46,559 nucleotides of DNA from a virus. The position numbers and the translations under genes are program-made. Below the pieces are notes generated by a model that made no database searches, was not told the DNA's origin, and was given only the letters and a program-made list of their open reading frames with translations. The stretch lies in UHGV virus genome UHGV-0172001; one strand, written 5' to 3'. Shown here one piece after another: positions 33,246 through 42,630 of this stretch (its first letter is position 1; each line of letters opens with the position of its first letter).

Positions 33246-33808
33246 TGGAACCATTGATGATGGGAACCTGGCATCAGGCAGTGATTGACAGTCTGAAACA
33301 AATTCCCTGGGTGGAAGATGCCGATGACTACCCGGAAAAAGTGACGCAACTGGTGACGCCTGCCGTGTTTGTGGATGTGCCTGGCTGGGACAAGGCACAG
33401 TTTGCCGACGGGCAAACGCGGGTCACACTGAAATGCGATCTGTTTGTGGTGACTGATCGGGCCGGAAAGACGGAAAACGTGCCAAAACCGCAGATATTTG
33501 CCCGCTGTCTGGCAATGGATTTATCTGACTGGATTGATGGAGCCACGTTCGGGCTGGATAACGTTGACCCGGCGGTTTTTATCGATGCTGAGGTGGATAC
33601 CTTCGACCGACTGCTGGACGACTACATCGTTTTCCGTGTCTCTTTTGAACAGGACATTCCGGTCGGCGAAGATCCGTTTGCAGTTCCGGCAGGTGCGCCG
33701 TTACAGGAAGTCTGGCTGGGTAAAGTACCGGAAACCGGTAAAAAGCATGTGCAGGATTATCGTCTTATCTGGAAAGCGGAGGGCACCGGCGATGAGTCTG
33801 GCGGATGA
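33242..33808 (+). CDS. Putative neck/tail-completion protein (188 aa)
   Basis: ATGA-coupled to the preceding gene. It overlaps the gpV start. No motif recognised. Confidence 0.4.
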   Translation: MMEPLMMGTWHQAVIDSLKQIPWVEDADDYPEKVTQLVTPAVFVDVPGWDKAQFADGQTRVTLKCDLFVVTDRAGKTENVPKPQIFARCLAMDLSDWIDGATFGLDNVDPAVFIDAEVDTFDRLLDDYIVFRVSFEQDIPVGEDPFAVPAGAPLQEVWLGKVPETGKKHVQDYRLIWKAEGTGDESGG

Positions 33809-34415
33809 AGTGGCAGAGTTACGCCGCAGGGTGGCGGACATGGTCCGTCGCGGCGTGGTGGAAGAGGTGATCCCGGGTAGCCCGGTGATGGTCCGGGTGG
33901 ATATCGGAGATGTGCTTTCGCCGCCGTTGCCCTGGATTCAGGTGCAGTCCGGGCGTTACATGCAGGTCAGTAATTACCCGGCACCCGGAGATGCGGTCAC
34001 GGTGATATCGGAGGCAGGTGATCTGCGTAATGGTCGGGTGTATCCGGGGGCCAACATTGACGCGATTCCGGTACCGGCGGGCAGTGAACACGAGCATGTT
34101 ATTTTGTTTGATACCGGAACGGAGATCCGTTACGACCGCCAGGCTAATGCCCTGTCCATCACGCTGGTTGAAGGCGGCAGCTATAAAATCACCGGCAGGG
34201 GAACGCTTGACGGTCCGGTGGAAATCACGGATACCCTGACTGTGCAGGGAAAAACGAAGATTAATGCCGATACGCAGGTTCTGGGCAATATCGGTGCCTC
34301 ACAGGAGATCACCGACAAAACCGGTAGCATGAGTAAAATTCGCAAAATTTATAATACTCATGATCACCCTGGCGACAGCGGGGGAACCACCCGTAAACCT
34401 AACCAGGAAATGTGA
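33792..34415 (+). CDS. V: Baseplate spike/assembly protein, P2 gpV-like (207 aa)
   Basis: ELRRRVADMVRRGVV and the C-terminal NTHDHPGDSGGTT compare with P2 V HTHKHPGDSGGTT. The track ORF from 33498 is an upstream extension in the same frame. Confidence 0.85.
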   Translation: MSLADEVAELRRRVADMVRRGVVEEVIPGSPVMVRVDIGDVLSPPLPWIQVQSGRYMQVSNYPAPGDAVTVISEAGDLRNGRVYPGANIDAIPVPAGSEHEHVILFDTGTEIRYDRQANALSITLVEGGSYKITGRGTLDGPVEITDTLTVQGKTKINADTQVLGNIGASQEITDKTGSMSKIRKIYNTHDHPGDSGGTTRKPNQEM

Positions 34416-34437
34416 ACGCCGCACCGGCGTTTTTTTT
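34416..34437 (+). terminator. Intrinsic terminator after V
   Basis: ACGCCG cac CGGCGT followed by TTTTTTT. Confidence 0.65.
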
Positions 34438-34449
34438 CGGAAAAATTTC

Positions 34450-34806
34450 ATGATTGGTATTGATTCCGCCACTGGCAGATATCTGCACGGTAACGAACAT
34501 CTGCGTCAGTCCGTCACCGATATTTTATCAACACCGGTCGGCAGCCGGGTACTTCTCAGGGAATACGGCAGTAGGTTGTTCAGTCTGCTTGATAACCCGC
34601 AGGATGATTTTACGCGGGTGAGGATTGTCCGTGAAACGGCAACCGCCCTTGAACGCTGGGAACCCCGCCTGACCCTCCGGCGGGTGGAGGTGACGTGGAC
34701 AGGAGAAGGAAGCGCCTGGCTGACGCTTGTCGGGGTGAACAACGAAACACAGGAAACGATTCGACTCGAGGAGATAAAAATTGGCAGCATCTCAGGCAAT
34801 CATTGA
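34450..34806 (+). CDS. W: Baseplate wedge protein, P2 gpW / gp25-like
   Basis: HLRQSVTDILSTPVGSRVLLREYGS.L..L.D.P is the GPW/gp25 signature. Confidence 0.85.
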   Translation: MIGIDSATGRYLHGNEHLRQSVTDILSTPVGSRVLLREYGSRLFSLLDNPQDDFTRVRIVRETATALERWEPRLTLRRVEVTWTGEGSAWLTLVGVNNETQETIRLEEIKIGSISGNH

Positions 34807-35695
34807 TCTGTCCGCGATACCTGTACCGGATGCGGTGGAGGTGCCGGACACCGCTGTACTGATCACTCAGATAGTGGCGAAATACCAGGAACTGGACACG
34901 TTGTTTTCGGCCCTGGTGGAATCCGATCCGGCGTATAAATGGGCAGAGGCACTGGCTTTTCGGGTGGCGCTGATGCGCCAGCAGGTCAATGATGCTGTCC
35001 GGGCTGTACTGCTTGCCAGTGCCCGCAGGAACGATCTGGATCAGATTGGTGCGAATTTTCAGGTGCAACGTCTGGTGATTACCCCGGCAGATGACAGCAC
35101 TATTCCGCCCACGCCTGCGGTGTATGAAGATGATGACGCTTTTCGCGAACGTATTCAGTTGTCATGGGCACGACTCAGCACCGCAGGCGCGAGAAACGCA
35201 TACCACTATTTTGCACAGAGTGCCGATCCTGATGTGCTGGATGTGAAAGCCTACGGACCGGAAACGCATTCACAGGAAGGGCGTGTTTTTCTTTATGTGT
35301 TAGCGCGTACAGGAAATGGTACGGCATCACAACCTCTGCTGGATAAGGTGGCGGCGTCAGTCAATGATGATGAAATTCGACCCCTGACGGATTTTGTCAG
35401 CGTCCGTGCGGCAGAAATTATTCCCTACGATGTGGTGGCGGATATCCATATTCCCTACGGGCTGGATGGTGAACTGGTGATGAAAAATGCCCGCCAGGCG
35501 CTGCAGACCTACACTGACAGTGTGCACCGGATTGGCTCTGTGGCGTCCTGCTCAGGTATGGACGGAGCCCTGCATCAGACGGGGGTGATTACGGTGGCAC
35601 TGAAATCGCCGGCCAGTGATATTGTTCCGGCGATGGGGCAGGCTCCATGGTGTCGCTCAGTCACACTGAACAAGGTGGAGACAACCGATGAATGA
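34781..35695 (+). CDS. J: Baseplate protein, P2 gpJ-like (304 aa)
   Basis: IIDLS.IP.PD.VE, NDLDQIGANF...RL.ITPADDSTIPPTPAV.E.D..FR.RIQ is near-colinear with P2 J as I recall it. Non-ATG (TTG) start. Confidence 0.85.
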   Translation: MAASQAIIDLSAIPVPDAVEVPDTAVLITQIVAKYQELDTLFSALVESDPAYKWAEALAFRVALMRQQVNDAVRAVLLASARRNDLDQIGANFQVQRLVITPADDSTIPPTPAVYEDDDAFRERIQLSWARLSTAGARNAYHYFAQSADPDVLDVKAYGPETHSQEGRVFLYVLARTGNGTASQPLLDKVAASVNDDEIRPLTDFVSVRAAEIIPYDVVADIHIPYGLDGELVMKNARQALQTYTDSVHRIGSVASCSGMDGALHQTGVITVALKSPASDIVPAMGQAPWCRSVTLNKVETTDE

Positions 35696-38096
35696 CAAAA
35701 TCAGAAGCATACTACCGGTCAGCGCCAGCCGGGCAGAGCGGGTGGTGGACAGTACCGCCGGTGATATGCTGGCGGAAATCGCGGTCTGTCTGATCCGGTA
35801 TGTCAAAAATCCCGATTTATGTCCTGCTGAATTGCTGCCATGGCTGGCCTGGGAAATGTCGGTGGATACCTGGAACGAACACTGGACAGAGGCGGAAAAA
35901 AGGGCGGCAATAAAGCGTGCTGCCTATATCCATCGTCACAGGGGAACAAAAGCCGCACTGAATGAATCCCTGGCAGACAGTCCGTTCCGGTCGCAGATTG
36001 TGGAGTGGTATGAGCAGACACCACCGGGGGAGCCCTATACCTTCCGGCTGAATGTGGAGCAGAAGGACCTGCCGGTTCTGATGAACGACCACCAGGATTT
36101 GAAGCATGCCGTATTACGGGCAAAAAATCTGCGCAGCTGGTTCAGTGTTCATATTTACGGAAGTAGTCGCGGAAATGGCTTTGGTTATGGTTATGTCACT
36201 GCGACGGAAAAACTGAAAAACAGGATACTGCCGTCAGAAATACAGCTGATACCAGATAATCTGCGACTGCTCCCCGGAGAAGAGGTGTCTGTAAAGGTGA
36301 CGGTGCTTCCCCGGATTGCAGATGATCGTTCGTTTACGGTACAGCCCGAAGATGAAGGCGTGGCGGCAATCAGTATCTCTGGCGATATTATTACTCTGAC
36401 AGGGAAGCGGTTTGGTCACACCACTGTAATTGTTTCAACGGTGAATGGTGTGATTGCCAGACTGCCCGTAAATGTTGTGTCTGTTGTTCAGGTTATTGTT
36501 CGTGCTGATAATGTCAGCAGACCTCTGTTTTTTATAGACGCTCAGGATAATGACTTCACCATTGATTATGGTGATGGAGTGGACTGCAGGGATTATGTCA
36601 TTGAAGCAGGTATGGTTAAAACCACCCGGGAATTACCCGTCGGGGAAGAAATTACGCTGACGATTAAAGGTGCTGAGAGTGTGACATTCTACTCATCATC
36701 AGCATTAAACAGACCCAACCCATTACTGGAGATTATCAGGGTCAGTGGCACCAGAAGATATATGTCGCAGTTTGCAAATTTGCAGAATACATTACGAAAA
36801 ATTCATGCTGGTGCTTTTGATAATTTGCCTCGTGCGCTTTCATTCTCGGGGGCGTTTCGGGGATGTTCAGCATTAACTGAATTACCTGAAAACCTTTTTG
36901 CACAATGTGCAGAGGTATCTTCATGGAATGAGGCATTTTACGGATGTACTGGTCTGACAGATATTCCGGTTTTATTTGCACCTGAATCAAATGCGCGCAC
37001 GCTTTCAAAGTTGTTCTACGGTTGTTCGAAAATAGTCCGGGTTCCGGAAGCGTTGTTTGCAGGTATGGATGACGCCTGGACTTTTGAGTCAGCATTTTAC
37101 GGATGCAGCAAGATGGTTAATGCTCCGGCCATTCCCGCACGCAGTCTTCAGAGCCTTTACATGACTTTTTCCGGTTGTAGTGAGCTGGCTGAGCTTCCTG
37201 TGATATGGGGGAAAGAAAACGAAAGCCATGCGTTATCGATTAATTTGTCTTACGCATTTTACGATTGCCGGTCTCTGACTGTTATTCCTGAAAACTGGCT
37301 GGATGTTATCCGGCATCGGATGGCGCATGTCAGAGGGATATTTAATAGGTGTTCCAGCATACGCAGTGTCCCCTCACGATTATTTGCCGGAGCAAATAAT
37401 CTACGCACTGCTGACAATGCGTTTGATGGCTGCCGCGGTATTACCTGTATCGGAGAGGGGGTGTTTGAGGGATGCCGGAGTCTGAGCGAAATAAACTATG
37501 CGTTCCATTACTGCAGTGCGCTTGAGACAATCGGCAACAGGGTTTTTGCGGATTGTGTGTCTCTGAGATCAATGGCATCTACGTTTGCCAACAGCAGTAT
37601 TGTCAATGCCGGAGAAGAACTTTTCGCTGGTTGTACATCCCTGACATTAATGGAGTCCGTTTTTGTAAACTGCCGGAAACTGGTTATGTTGCCGGACAGT
37701 ACGTTCAGAGGGTGCACTTCGCTGAAAAGCGTACCTTATCTTTTTTCTGGTTGCAGTGCATTAACGAGGATCCAGGAGGCATTATTTTCCGACTGCTCAC
37801 TTACCGGAGGAGGTGGTATGTTCCGGTGGTGTTCGTCGCTGACACAAATTCCATCTGGATTAATTAATCATCGGGACAGCAATGCGGGTATAGCTGAAAT
37901 GTTCCGGGAATGCACATCACTGGCAATGGATATTAATGAAATATTTCCTCATGCCTTCACTGAAAGGCGCAATCTGTCGTATGTGTTTTATCGTTGCAGT
38001 AATGTGACGGGGAGTAAGTCAGAATTTCTGGCGAAATTCCCGGAACCGATATCTGTTGCTTATGCATTTGATTATTGTCCGCTACTTACAGACTGA
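35688..38096 (+). CDS. I: Baseplate gpI-like protein fused to an Ig-like (Big_2-type) domain and about 20 BspA-type leucine-rich repeats (802 aa)
   Basis: aa 1-185 match P2 gpI (CPAELLPWLAWEMSVDTWNEHW.EAEKRA.I..A..IHRH.GT). aa ~190-265 read VSVKVTVLP...GHTTVIVSTVNG. From aa ~375, F-x-G-C-x-x-L-x-x-(I/L)P recurs every 23-25 aa. Confidence 0.85.
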   Translation: MNDKIRSILPVSASRAERVVDSTAGDMLAEIAVCLIRYVKNPDLCPAELLPWLAWEMSVDTWNEHWTEAEKRAAIKRAAYIHRHRGTKAALNESLADSPFRSQIVEWYEQTPPGEPYTFRLNVEQKDLPVLMNDHQDLKHAVLRAKNLRSWFSVHIYGSSRGNGFGYGYVTATEKLKNRILPSEIQLIPDNLRLLPGEEVSVKVTVLPRIADDRSFTVQPEDEGVAAISISGDIITLTGKRFGHTTVIVSTVNGVIARLPVNVVSVVQVIVRADNVSRPLFFIDAQDNDFTIDYGDGVDCRDYVIEAGMVKTTRELPVGEEITLTIKGAESVTFYSSSALNRPNPLLEIIRVSGTRRYMSQFANLQNTLRKIHAGAFDNLPRALSFSGAFRGCSALTELPENLFAQCAEVSSWNEAFYGCTGLTDIPVLFAPESNARTLSKLFYGCSKIVRVPEALFAGMDDAWTFESAFYGCSKMVNAPAIPARSLQSLYMTFSGCSELAELPVIWGKENESHALSINLSYAFYDCRSLTVIPENWLDVIRHRMAHVRGIFNRCSSIRSVPSRLFAGANNLRTADNAFDGCRGITCIGEGVFEGCRSLSEINYAFHYCSALETIGNRVFADCVSLRSMASTFANSSIVNAGEELFAGCTSLTLMESVFVNCRKLVMLPDSTFRGCTSLKSVPYLFSGCSALTRIQEALFSDCSLTGGGGMFRWCSSLTQIPSGLINHRDSNAGIAEMFRECTSLAMDINEIFPHAFTERRNLSYVFYRCSNVTGSKSEFLAKFPEPISVAYAFDYCPLLTD

Positions 38097-38108
38097 TAAG
38101 GAGAGCTT

Positions 38109-39539
38109 ATGCCATCAGGGCTGACGTTAACAAAAAAAGGGGCTGCCGAAATAGAGTCTGCTTATCAGGCTGGACAGGTAGTGACGATCACTCATGTACT
38201 GACAGGAGATGGCGGCGGGCAGACGTTACCGTCAACGCCGGATGAAATGGCAGCAATGTCGGCATTGCTGGGGCAATTTGGTCAGGAGCCATTTTCAGAA
38301 GGTAAGGTTGATGAGGGATTTATTAGTGGTGACATTGTTATTGACTGTAAAAAATACCCAGGAAAGACACTGCGTGAACTGGGGATTGTAAGCAGCAGCG
38401 GTACGCTGATAGCGTACGGGCGTTATCCGGATACGTACTTACCGGCACAGACAGATTCTGTCATCAAAGAGGTTATCCTGACACTGGTACTGGGGCTGAC
38501 GCATGCGCAGAACGTGACGCTGGAGCTTGACCCGTCCAGGGTGATTATCACGCAGGAGGCAGGAGATAAACGCTATCTGCGTATCAGAGAGAATCTTGCC
38601 GATGTGGAAGATAAAGATGAAGCGGTTGATAACCTCGGGTTAAAACCGACGGTGGACAAGGCAAAAAATGCCGTCCAGCGCGACGGCGATACCATGACCG
38701 GCGAGCTGAAAATCCGTGGTGTTAATGCGCTGCGAATTTTCAACGAAGCCTTTGGTCTGATTTTTCGTCGTTCGGAAGAGTGCCTGCACCTTATTCCTAC
38801 CAGTGAAGGTCAGGGCGAGAATGGTGATATTGGTCCACTTCGCCCGTTCACTATTAATCTGCGGACGGGTGAAATATCTATGTCGCATAAAGTGTCTGTT
38901 GGCGGTGGTTCGCAGGTCAATGGTGCACTGGGTATCGGCGTTCAGAACGCGCTGGGCGGAAACTCAATTGCTTTCGGGGATAACGATACAGGTATAAAAC
39001 AAAACGGTGACGGTATTCTGGATGTTTATGCGAATGGTCAGCATGTATTTCGTTTTCAGAATGGTGTTGCCATGGCGTTAAAAAATATTCAGGCCGGGAA
39101 TGCCAGAATATTCACATTATCCAGTTCCAACAGCTCCACGAAAAATGCAGGGTTTAATTTATGGGGTAATTCATCCCGACCTGTAGTTGCAGAGCTTGGT
39201 GATGATTCCGGCTGGCATTTTTACAGCCAGAGAAATACCGATGGCAGTATCACATTCGCTGTAAACGGACAGATGATCCCATCAAACTATGGAAATTTCG
39301 ATGCCCGTTATCAGCAGCGAAATGGCGGCGTGCAGGATGTGCGTTATGGTTCCGAAATGTTTTATAACCCGGGAGGTAACCAGGTGTCCTGGACATTTCG
39401 CTCACCTTCAGGCCACGGATTATCCGGTATTAATGTGCAGGAAACCGGAAGCAATTCGGCAGATAACATCGGCGGCGTATATTACCGACCTCTTCAGAAA
39501 CTGATTAATGGCACCTGGTATAACGTGGCGAGTGTTTAA
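38109..39539 (+). CDS. H: Tail fibre, P2 gpH-like (476 aa)
   Basis: N-terminal baseplate-attachment region (ITHVLTGDGGG...LRELGI...GTLIAYG). The C-terminal GGNSIAFGDNDTGIKQNGDGILDVYANGQHVFRFQNGVA...INGTWYNVASV is very close to the P2 H C-terminus as I recall it. Confidence 0.9.
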   Translation: MPSGLTLTKKGAAEIESAYQAGQVVTITHVLTGDGGGQTLPSTPDEMAAMSALLGQFGQEPFSEGKVDEGFISGDIVIDCKKYPGKTLRELGIVSSSGTLIAYGRYPDTYLPAQTDSVIKEVILTLVLGLTHAQNVTLELDPSRVIITQEAGDKRYLRIRENLADVEDKDEAVDNLGLKPTVDKAKNAVQRDGDTMTGELKIRGVNALRIFNEAFGLIFRRSEECLHLIPTSEGQGENGDIGPLRPFTINLRTGEISMSHKVSVGGGSQVNGALGIGVQNALGGNSIAFGDNDTGIKQNGDGILDVYANGQHVFRFQNGVAMALKNIQAGNARIFTLSSSNSSTKNAGFNLWGNSSRPVVAELGDDSGWHFYSQRNTDGSITFAVNGQMIPSNYGNFDARYQQRNGGVQDVRYGSEMFYNPGGNQVSWTFRSPSGHGLSGINVQETGSNSADNIGGVYYRPLQKLINGTWYNVASV

Positions 39540-39541
39540 CA

Positions 39542-40084
39542 ATGTTGCATTTAAAAAATATTACTGCGGGTAATCCGAAAACCGCAGAACAATACCAGAT
39601 GACAAAAAAATATGATGTTACCTGGCTTTTTTCGGAAGACGACAAAAACTGGTATGAAGAACTGAAGAATTTCGCCAGCGACACAATAAAAATAGCTTAC
39701 ACCGGAGATGGTCGCGTGGTATGGGTCGGTAAGGATGTGACAGGCATTGAACCCCGCAACACCAGTGTTATTGAGGTTCCGGACATTACCGCTAACCGTC
39801 GTATCACCGCGCCGGGCTACTGGTTTTACCGCGACGATAAATTTGTCTTCGACTACAAACTTAAAGCAGAAGATGAGCGCGATGCTCTTCTGGCTCAGGT
39901 CAGCATCATAACCAGCGAATGGGAAAAAGACCTGCTGCTGGGATTAATCAGTGACGAAGACAGGGAGAAGCTGAAAGCGTACCGCATTTACGCGAAATCG
40001 CTGCAGGCGATGGATTTCAGCGCTATTACGGATAAGACCACTTACAACAATATTAGCTGGCCTGAGCAGCCACAAAATACCTGA
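39542..40084 (+). CDS. G: Tail fibre assembly chaperone, P2 gpG/Tfa-like
   Basis: Position after H. The C-terminal ...LLGLISDEDREKLKAYRIYAKSLQAMD...WPEQP is typical of the Tfa family. Confidence 0.85.
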   Translation: MLHLKNITAGNPKTAEQYQMTKKYDVTWLFSEDDKNWYEELKNFASDTIKIAYTGDGRVVWVGKDVTGIEPRNTSVIEVPDITANRRITAPGYWFYRDDKFVFDYKLKAEDERDALLAQVSIITSEWEKDLLLGLISDEDREKLKAYRIYAKSLQAMDFSAITDKTTYNNISWPEQPQNT

Positions 40085-40102
40085 AAAAGAAGTTAATCAT
40101 CT

Positions 40103-40126
40103 GACCGCCTGAGGGCGGTTTTTTTA
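40103..40126 (+). terminator. Intrinsic terminator between the fibre and sheath operons
   Basis: CCGCC tgag GGCGG followed by TTTTTTT. Confidence 0.7.
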
Positions 40127-40138
40127 TGGGAGAAATGT

Positions 40139-41614
40139 ATGTCCGGATTACATGGTGTTGAAACCATTGAACTGACGACAGGCACGGTTGCCGTGCAGAC
40201 CATCTCCACGGCAGTGATTGGCCTGGTGGGGACAGCGCCGGACGCCTCTGGTGGTGTGTGCGCTTCCGGCACAGCCGGCTCCTGGCTGCTGGGAACGGCG
40301 CTGGATTTCACGGCGAAACAGGAAGGCCGGGCCGGCAATAAGATTTCGGTGGTTGCCGTCGCGGCCACAGAACAAAGCGCGCAGACCACGGCCTCACTGG
40401 AAGGTACAACCCTGACGATAAAGCTGGGGACGGATGAACACAGCCAGGTTAACGCCACGGTGGACCGTGTAACTGAAGTGGTGAATGCACTGGGTGATTC
40501 ACCTGTGACGGCGGCGGTCAGTACCCTGAATGCAGGGAGCGCTGAAAATAATGTGGTGTCGCCATTCAGCCTGACGTTATCCGGCGGGGAAGATGAGGCG
40601 TTCCCGGTTAATACACCAGTTGTGGTGGCAGGAGCCATTACTCAGGCAGGAAAACTGGGGGCCGCCGGAACACTGTATCCGGCCCTGCGAGATATTTTTG
40701 ATCAGACCGGTGCACTGGTGATTGTGGTACGTGCGGAAAGCAAACCGAAAGCGAAAGAGGCTGAACAACGCGCGGCGGTGATTAAGGCCATGGAAGCGCT
40801 GACAGAGAGTAAAGGTGTGACGGGCTATCAGCCGCGCATTCTCATTGCCACGGGTTACAGTGAGGATGATGGTGTGGCAAAGGCGCTGGAAACGTATGCC
40901 GCGAAGCTGCGGGCTGTGGCCTATATCGACTCTCCCTCAATGGCAACGCCGCAGGATGTGGTTCAGCGGCGCGCATCCTTTGGCGGGCGCGTGGAACTGA
41001 TGCGCCCACGCGTGTCAGTAACGGATGACAGCGGGCAGATGGTATTTCGTCCGTATTCGGCGCGCGCTGCCGGGCTGCGTGCCCGTATTGATTACGAAAA
41101 AGGGTGGTGGTGGTCCAAATCAAACCAGGACGTGATGAATATCACCGGTCTGGAGCAGGTGGATACGTTTATTCTCGGGGAGCAGAACTGCACGGCAAAC
41201 CTGCTGAACATGGAAAATATCTCCACCATTATTCGTCACGACGGCTTTAAGCACTGGGGGAACCGTCTGTGTTCATCCCACAGTCAGTGGCGCTTTGAGC
41301 CGGTACGCCGTACTGCAGATGTGATTGAGGACAGTATTCAGGAGGCCATGCTGCCTTATGTCGATCGCCCGCTGGATCGTGATGTGGCGGACGACATTCT
41401 TGGCAGTATTAATGCCTATATGCGTCAGCTTAAAAATCTGGGCGCGATCCACGGTGGCAGAGCCTGGCTGAATGATGAACTGAACACAGCAGAAACCCTG
41501 GCTGCCGGGCAGTTGTATATCGATTATGACTTTGGACCGAAGTCACCACTGGAACGCCTGACACTGCGGGCGATGATTAACAATAAACTGGCGCTGGAGG
41601 AGCTGACGGTATGA
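40139..41614 (+). CDS. FI: Contractile tail sheath protein (491 aa)
   Basis: MSGLHGVETIE...IGLVGTAP N-terminus and C-terminal sheath pattern. It precedes the tube gene. Confidence 0.85.
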   Translation: MSGLHGVETIELTTGTVAVQTISTAVIGLVGTAPDASGGVCASGTAGSWLLGTALDFTAKQEGRAGNKISVVAVAATEQSAQTTASLEGTTLTIKLGTDEHSQVNATVDRVTEVVNALGDSPVTAAVSTLNAGSAENNVVSPFSLTLSGGEDEAFPVNTPVVVAGAITQAGKLGAAGTLYPALRDIFDQTGALVIVVRAESKPKAKEAEQRAAVIKAMEALTESKGVTGYQPRILIATGYSEDDGVAKALETYAAKLRAVAYIDSPSMATPQDVVQRRASFGGRVELMRPRVSVTDDSGQMVFRPYSARAAGLRARIDYEKGWWWSKSNQDVMNITGLEQVDTFILGEQNCTANLLNMENISTIIRHDGFKHWGNRLCSSHSQWRFEPVRRTADVIEDSIQEAMLPYVDRPLDRDVADDILGSINAYMRQLKNLGAIHGGRAWLNDELNTAETLAAGQLYIDYDFGPKSPLERLTLRAMINNKLALEELTV

Positions 41615-42129
41615 TTACGGGTGAAAAAAAACTGTTGCGCGCGTGGGCGTTATTTCTTCCTGGCGGGATCCGTCTTCAGGGGGCGCATGAGTACACGCCG
41701 CCAGCCATTAATATCACGACAGTGGATATCAAAACCGGTGCAATGGATGCACCGGTGGCAGTGGATGACGGCATGGAAGCGCTGACCTGCTCATTTAAGA
41801 TTTATGGCTACGATGTTGCCATGCTGACCCTGCTGGGATTACAGGCCGGGCTTTATTCGCCGGAGATCGTTGTCCGCCAGGCTTACCGGGTGGGGAATGC
41901 GACCAGCGGACAGGTGGAAACACTGCAGGGGATGATCACCAGTATCACGCCGGATGCGCGCCCGGCAACGTCACAGGCGGAGGCTTCGGTGACGGTGGAG
42001 ATGTCGCTGAGTTATTACCGTCAGGCTGTAGATGGTCTGGAAACCATCTGCATTATTCCGGAGGAATTTGTTCGTCGTATTAACGGCGTTAATGTTCTGT
42101 CGGATCTGAAAAAAATCATCCGGGTTTAA
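41611..42129 (+). CDS. FII: Tail tube protein, P2 FII-like (172 aa)
   Basis: Size, position and ATGA coupling to the sheath gene. Confidence 0.8.
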   Translation: MITGEKKLLRAWALFLPGGIRLQGAHEYTPPAINITTVDIKTGAMDAPVAVDDGMEALTCSFKIYGYDVAMLTLLGLQAGLYSPEIVVRQAYRVGNATSGQVETLQGMITSITPDARPATSQAEASVTVEMSLSYYRQAVDGLETICIIPEEFVRRINGVNVLSDLKKIIRV

Positions 42130-42148
42130 TCCGGGTATCCGGTTATTC

Positions 42149-42178
42149 AGGCGGCTCAGGCCGCCTTTTCTTTTTTTA
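42149..42178 (+). terminator. Intrinsic terminator after the tube gene
   Basis: GGCGGC tcag GCCGCC followed by TTTTCTTTTTTT. Confidence 0.65.
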
Positions 42179-42184
42179 AAGGAG

Positions 42185-42493
42185 ATGCTTATGTCGGAAA
42201 AAAACAGTGTGCCTGCCAGCAGCGTGGAAATTGTGTTATCCGTGCCGTATGTCACCGCATCAGGACAGACGATCACGCACGTCACCATGCGTGCGCCCAC
42301 TGTCCGCGATCGTCTGTTGCATCGCCGGAGTACCAAACCGGAAGCAGAGGCTGATCTGGATATGATTGCCGGTCTGTGTGGGATGGACGCGGCAGACATG
42401 ATGAACATGGAAGCGTGTGATTACCTGGCCCTGGAGCGTCAGTTTAATGTTTTTTTGCTGCCGCCGGTCCGGCGGAAGAAGAAAGTATCCTGA
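42185..42493 (+). CDS. E: Tail assembly chaperone, P2 gpE-like
   Basis: Position before the tape measure gene. Contains the slippery T7G run. Confidence 0.8.
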   Translation: MLMSEKNSVPASSVEIVLSVPYVTASGQTITHVTMRAPTVRDRLLHRRSTKPEAEADLDMIAGLCGMDAADMMNMEACDYLALERQFNVFLLPPVRRKKKVS

Positions 42494-42630
42494 CAGCGAT
42501 ACGGCGTGCCGGTGCCTGGTTCGGGTGGTCTCCCGGAGATGTGATGGCGCTGCCGTATACGGATTTTGTGTCAATGATGCTGGCGGAGTCGGAAGAGAGG
42601 AAGCGACGTTATGGCAACGGTTGGCGATAA
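42185..42630 (+). CDS. Frameshifted chaperone E+E' (-1 slip at T TTT TTG, 42451-42457)
   Basis: After the slip the -1 frame reads AAAGPAEEESILTAIRRAGAWFGWSPGDVMALPYTDFVSMMLAESEERKRRYGNGWR and stops at 42628-42630. Same heptamer and geometry as P2 E/E+E'. Confidence 0.7.

Noticed and set aside
39542-40139. Possible invertible tail-fibre segment (Cin/Gin-type) after H-G
   Set aside because: There is no invertase gene, no alternative fibre C-terminus in the opposite orientation, and no flanking inverted crossover sites. Only a terminator is present.
40093-40638. 181-aa minus-strand ORF antisense to the sheath gene
   Set aside because: Ala/Ser/Thr/Val-rich mirror of the sheath N-terminal insert. 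It has no RBS and would run into the Tfa terminator.
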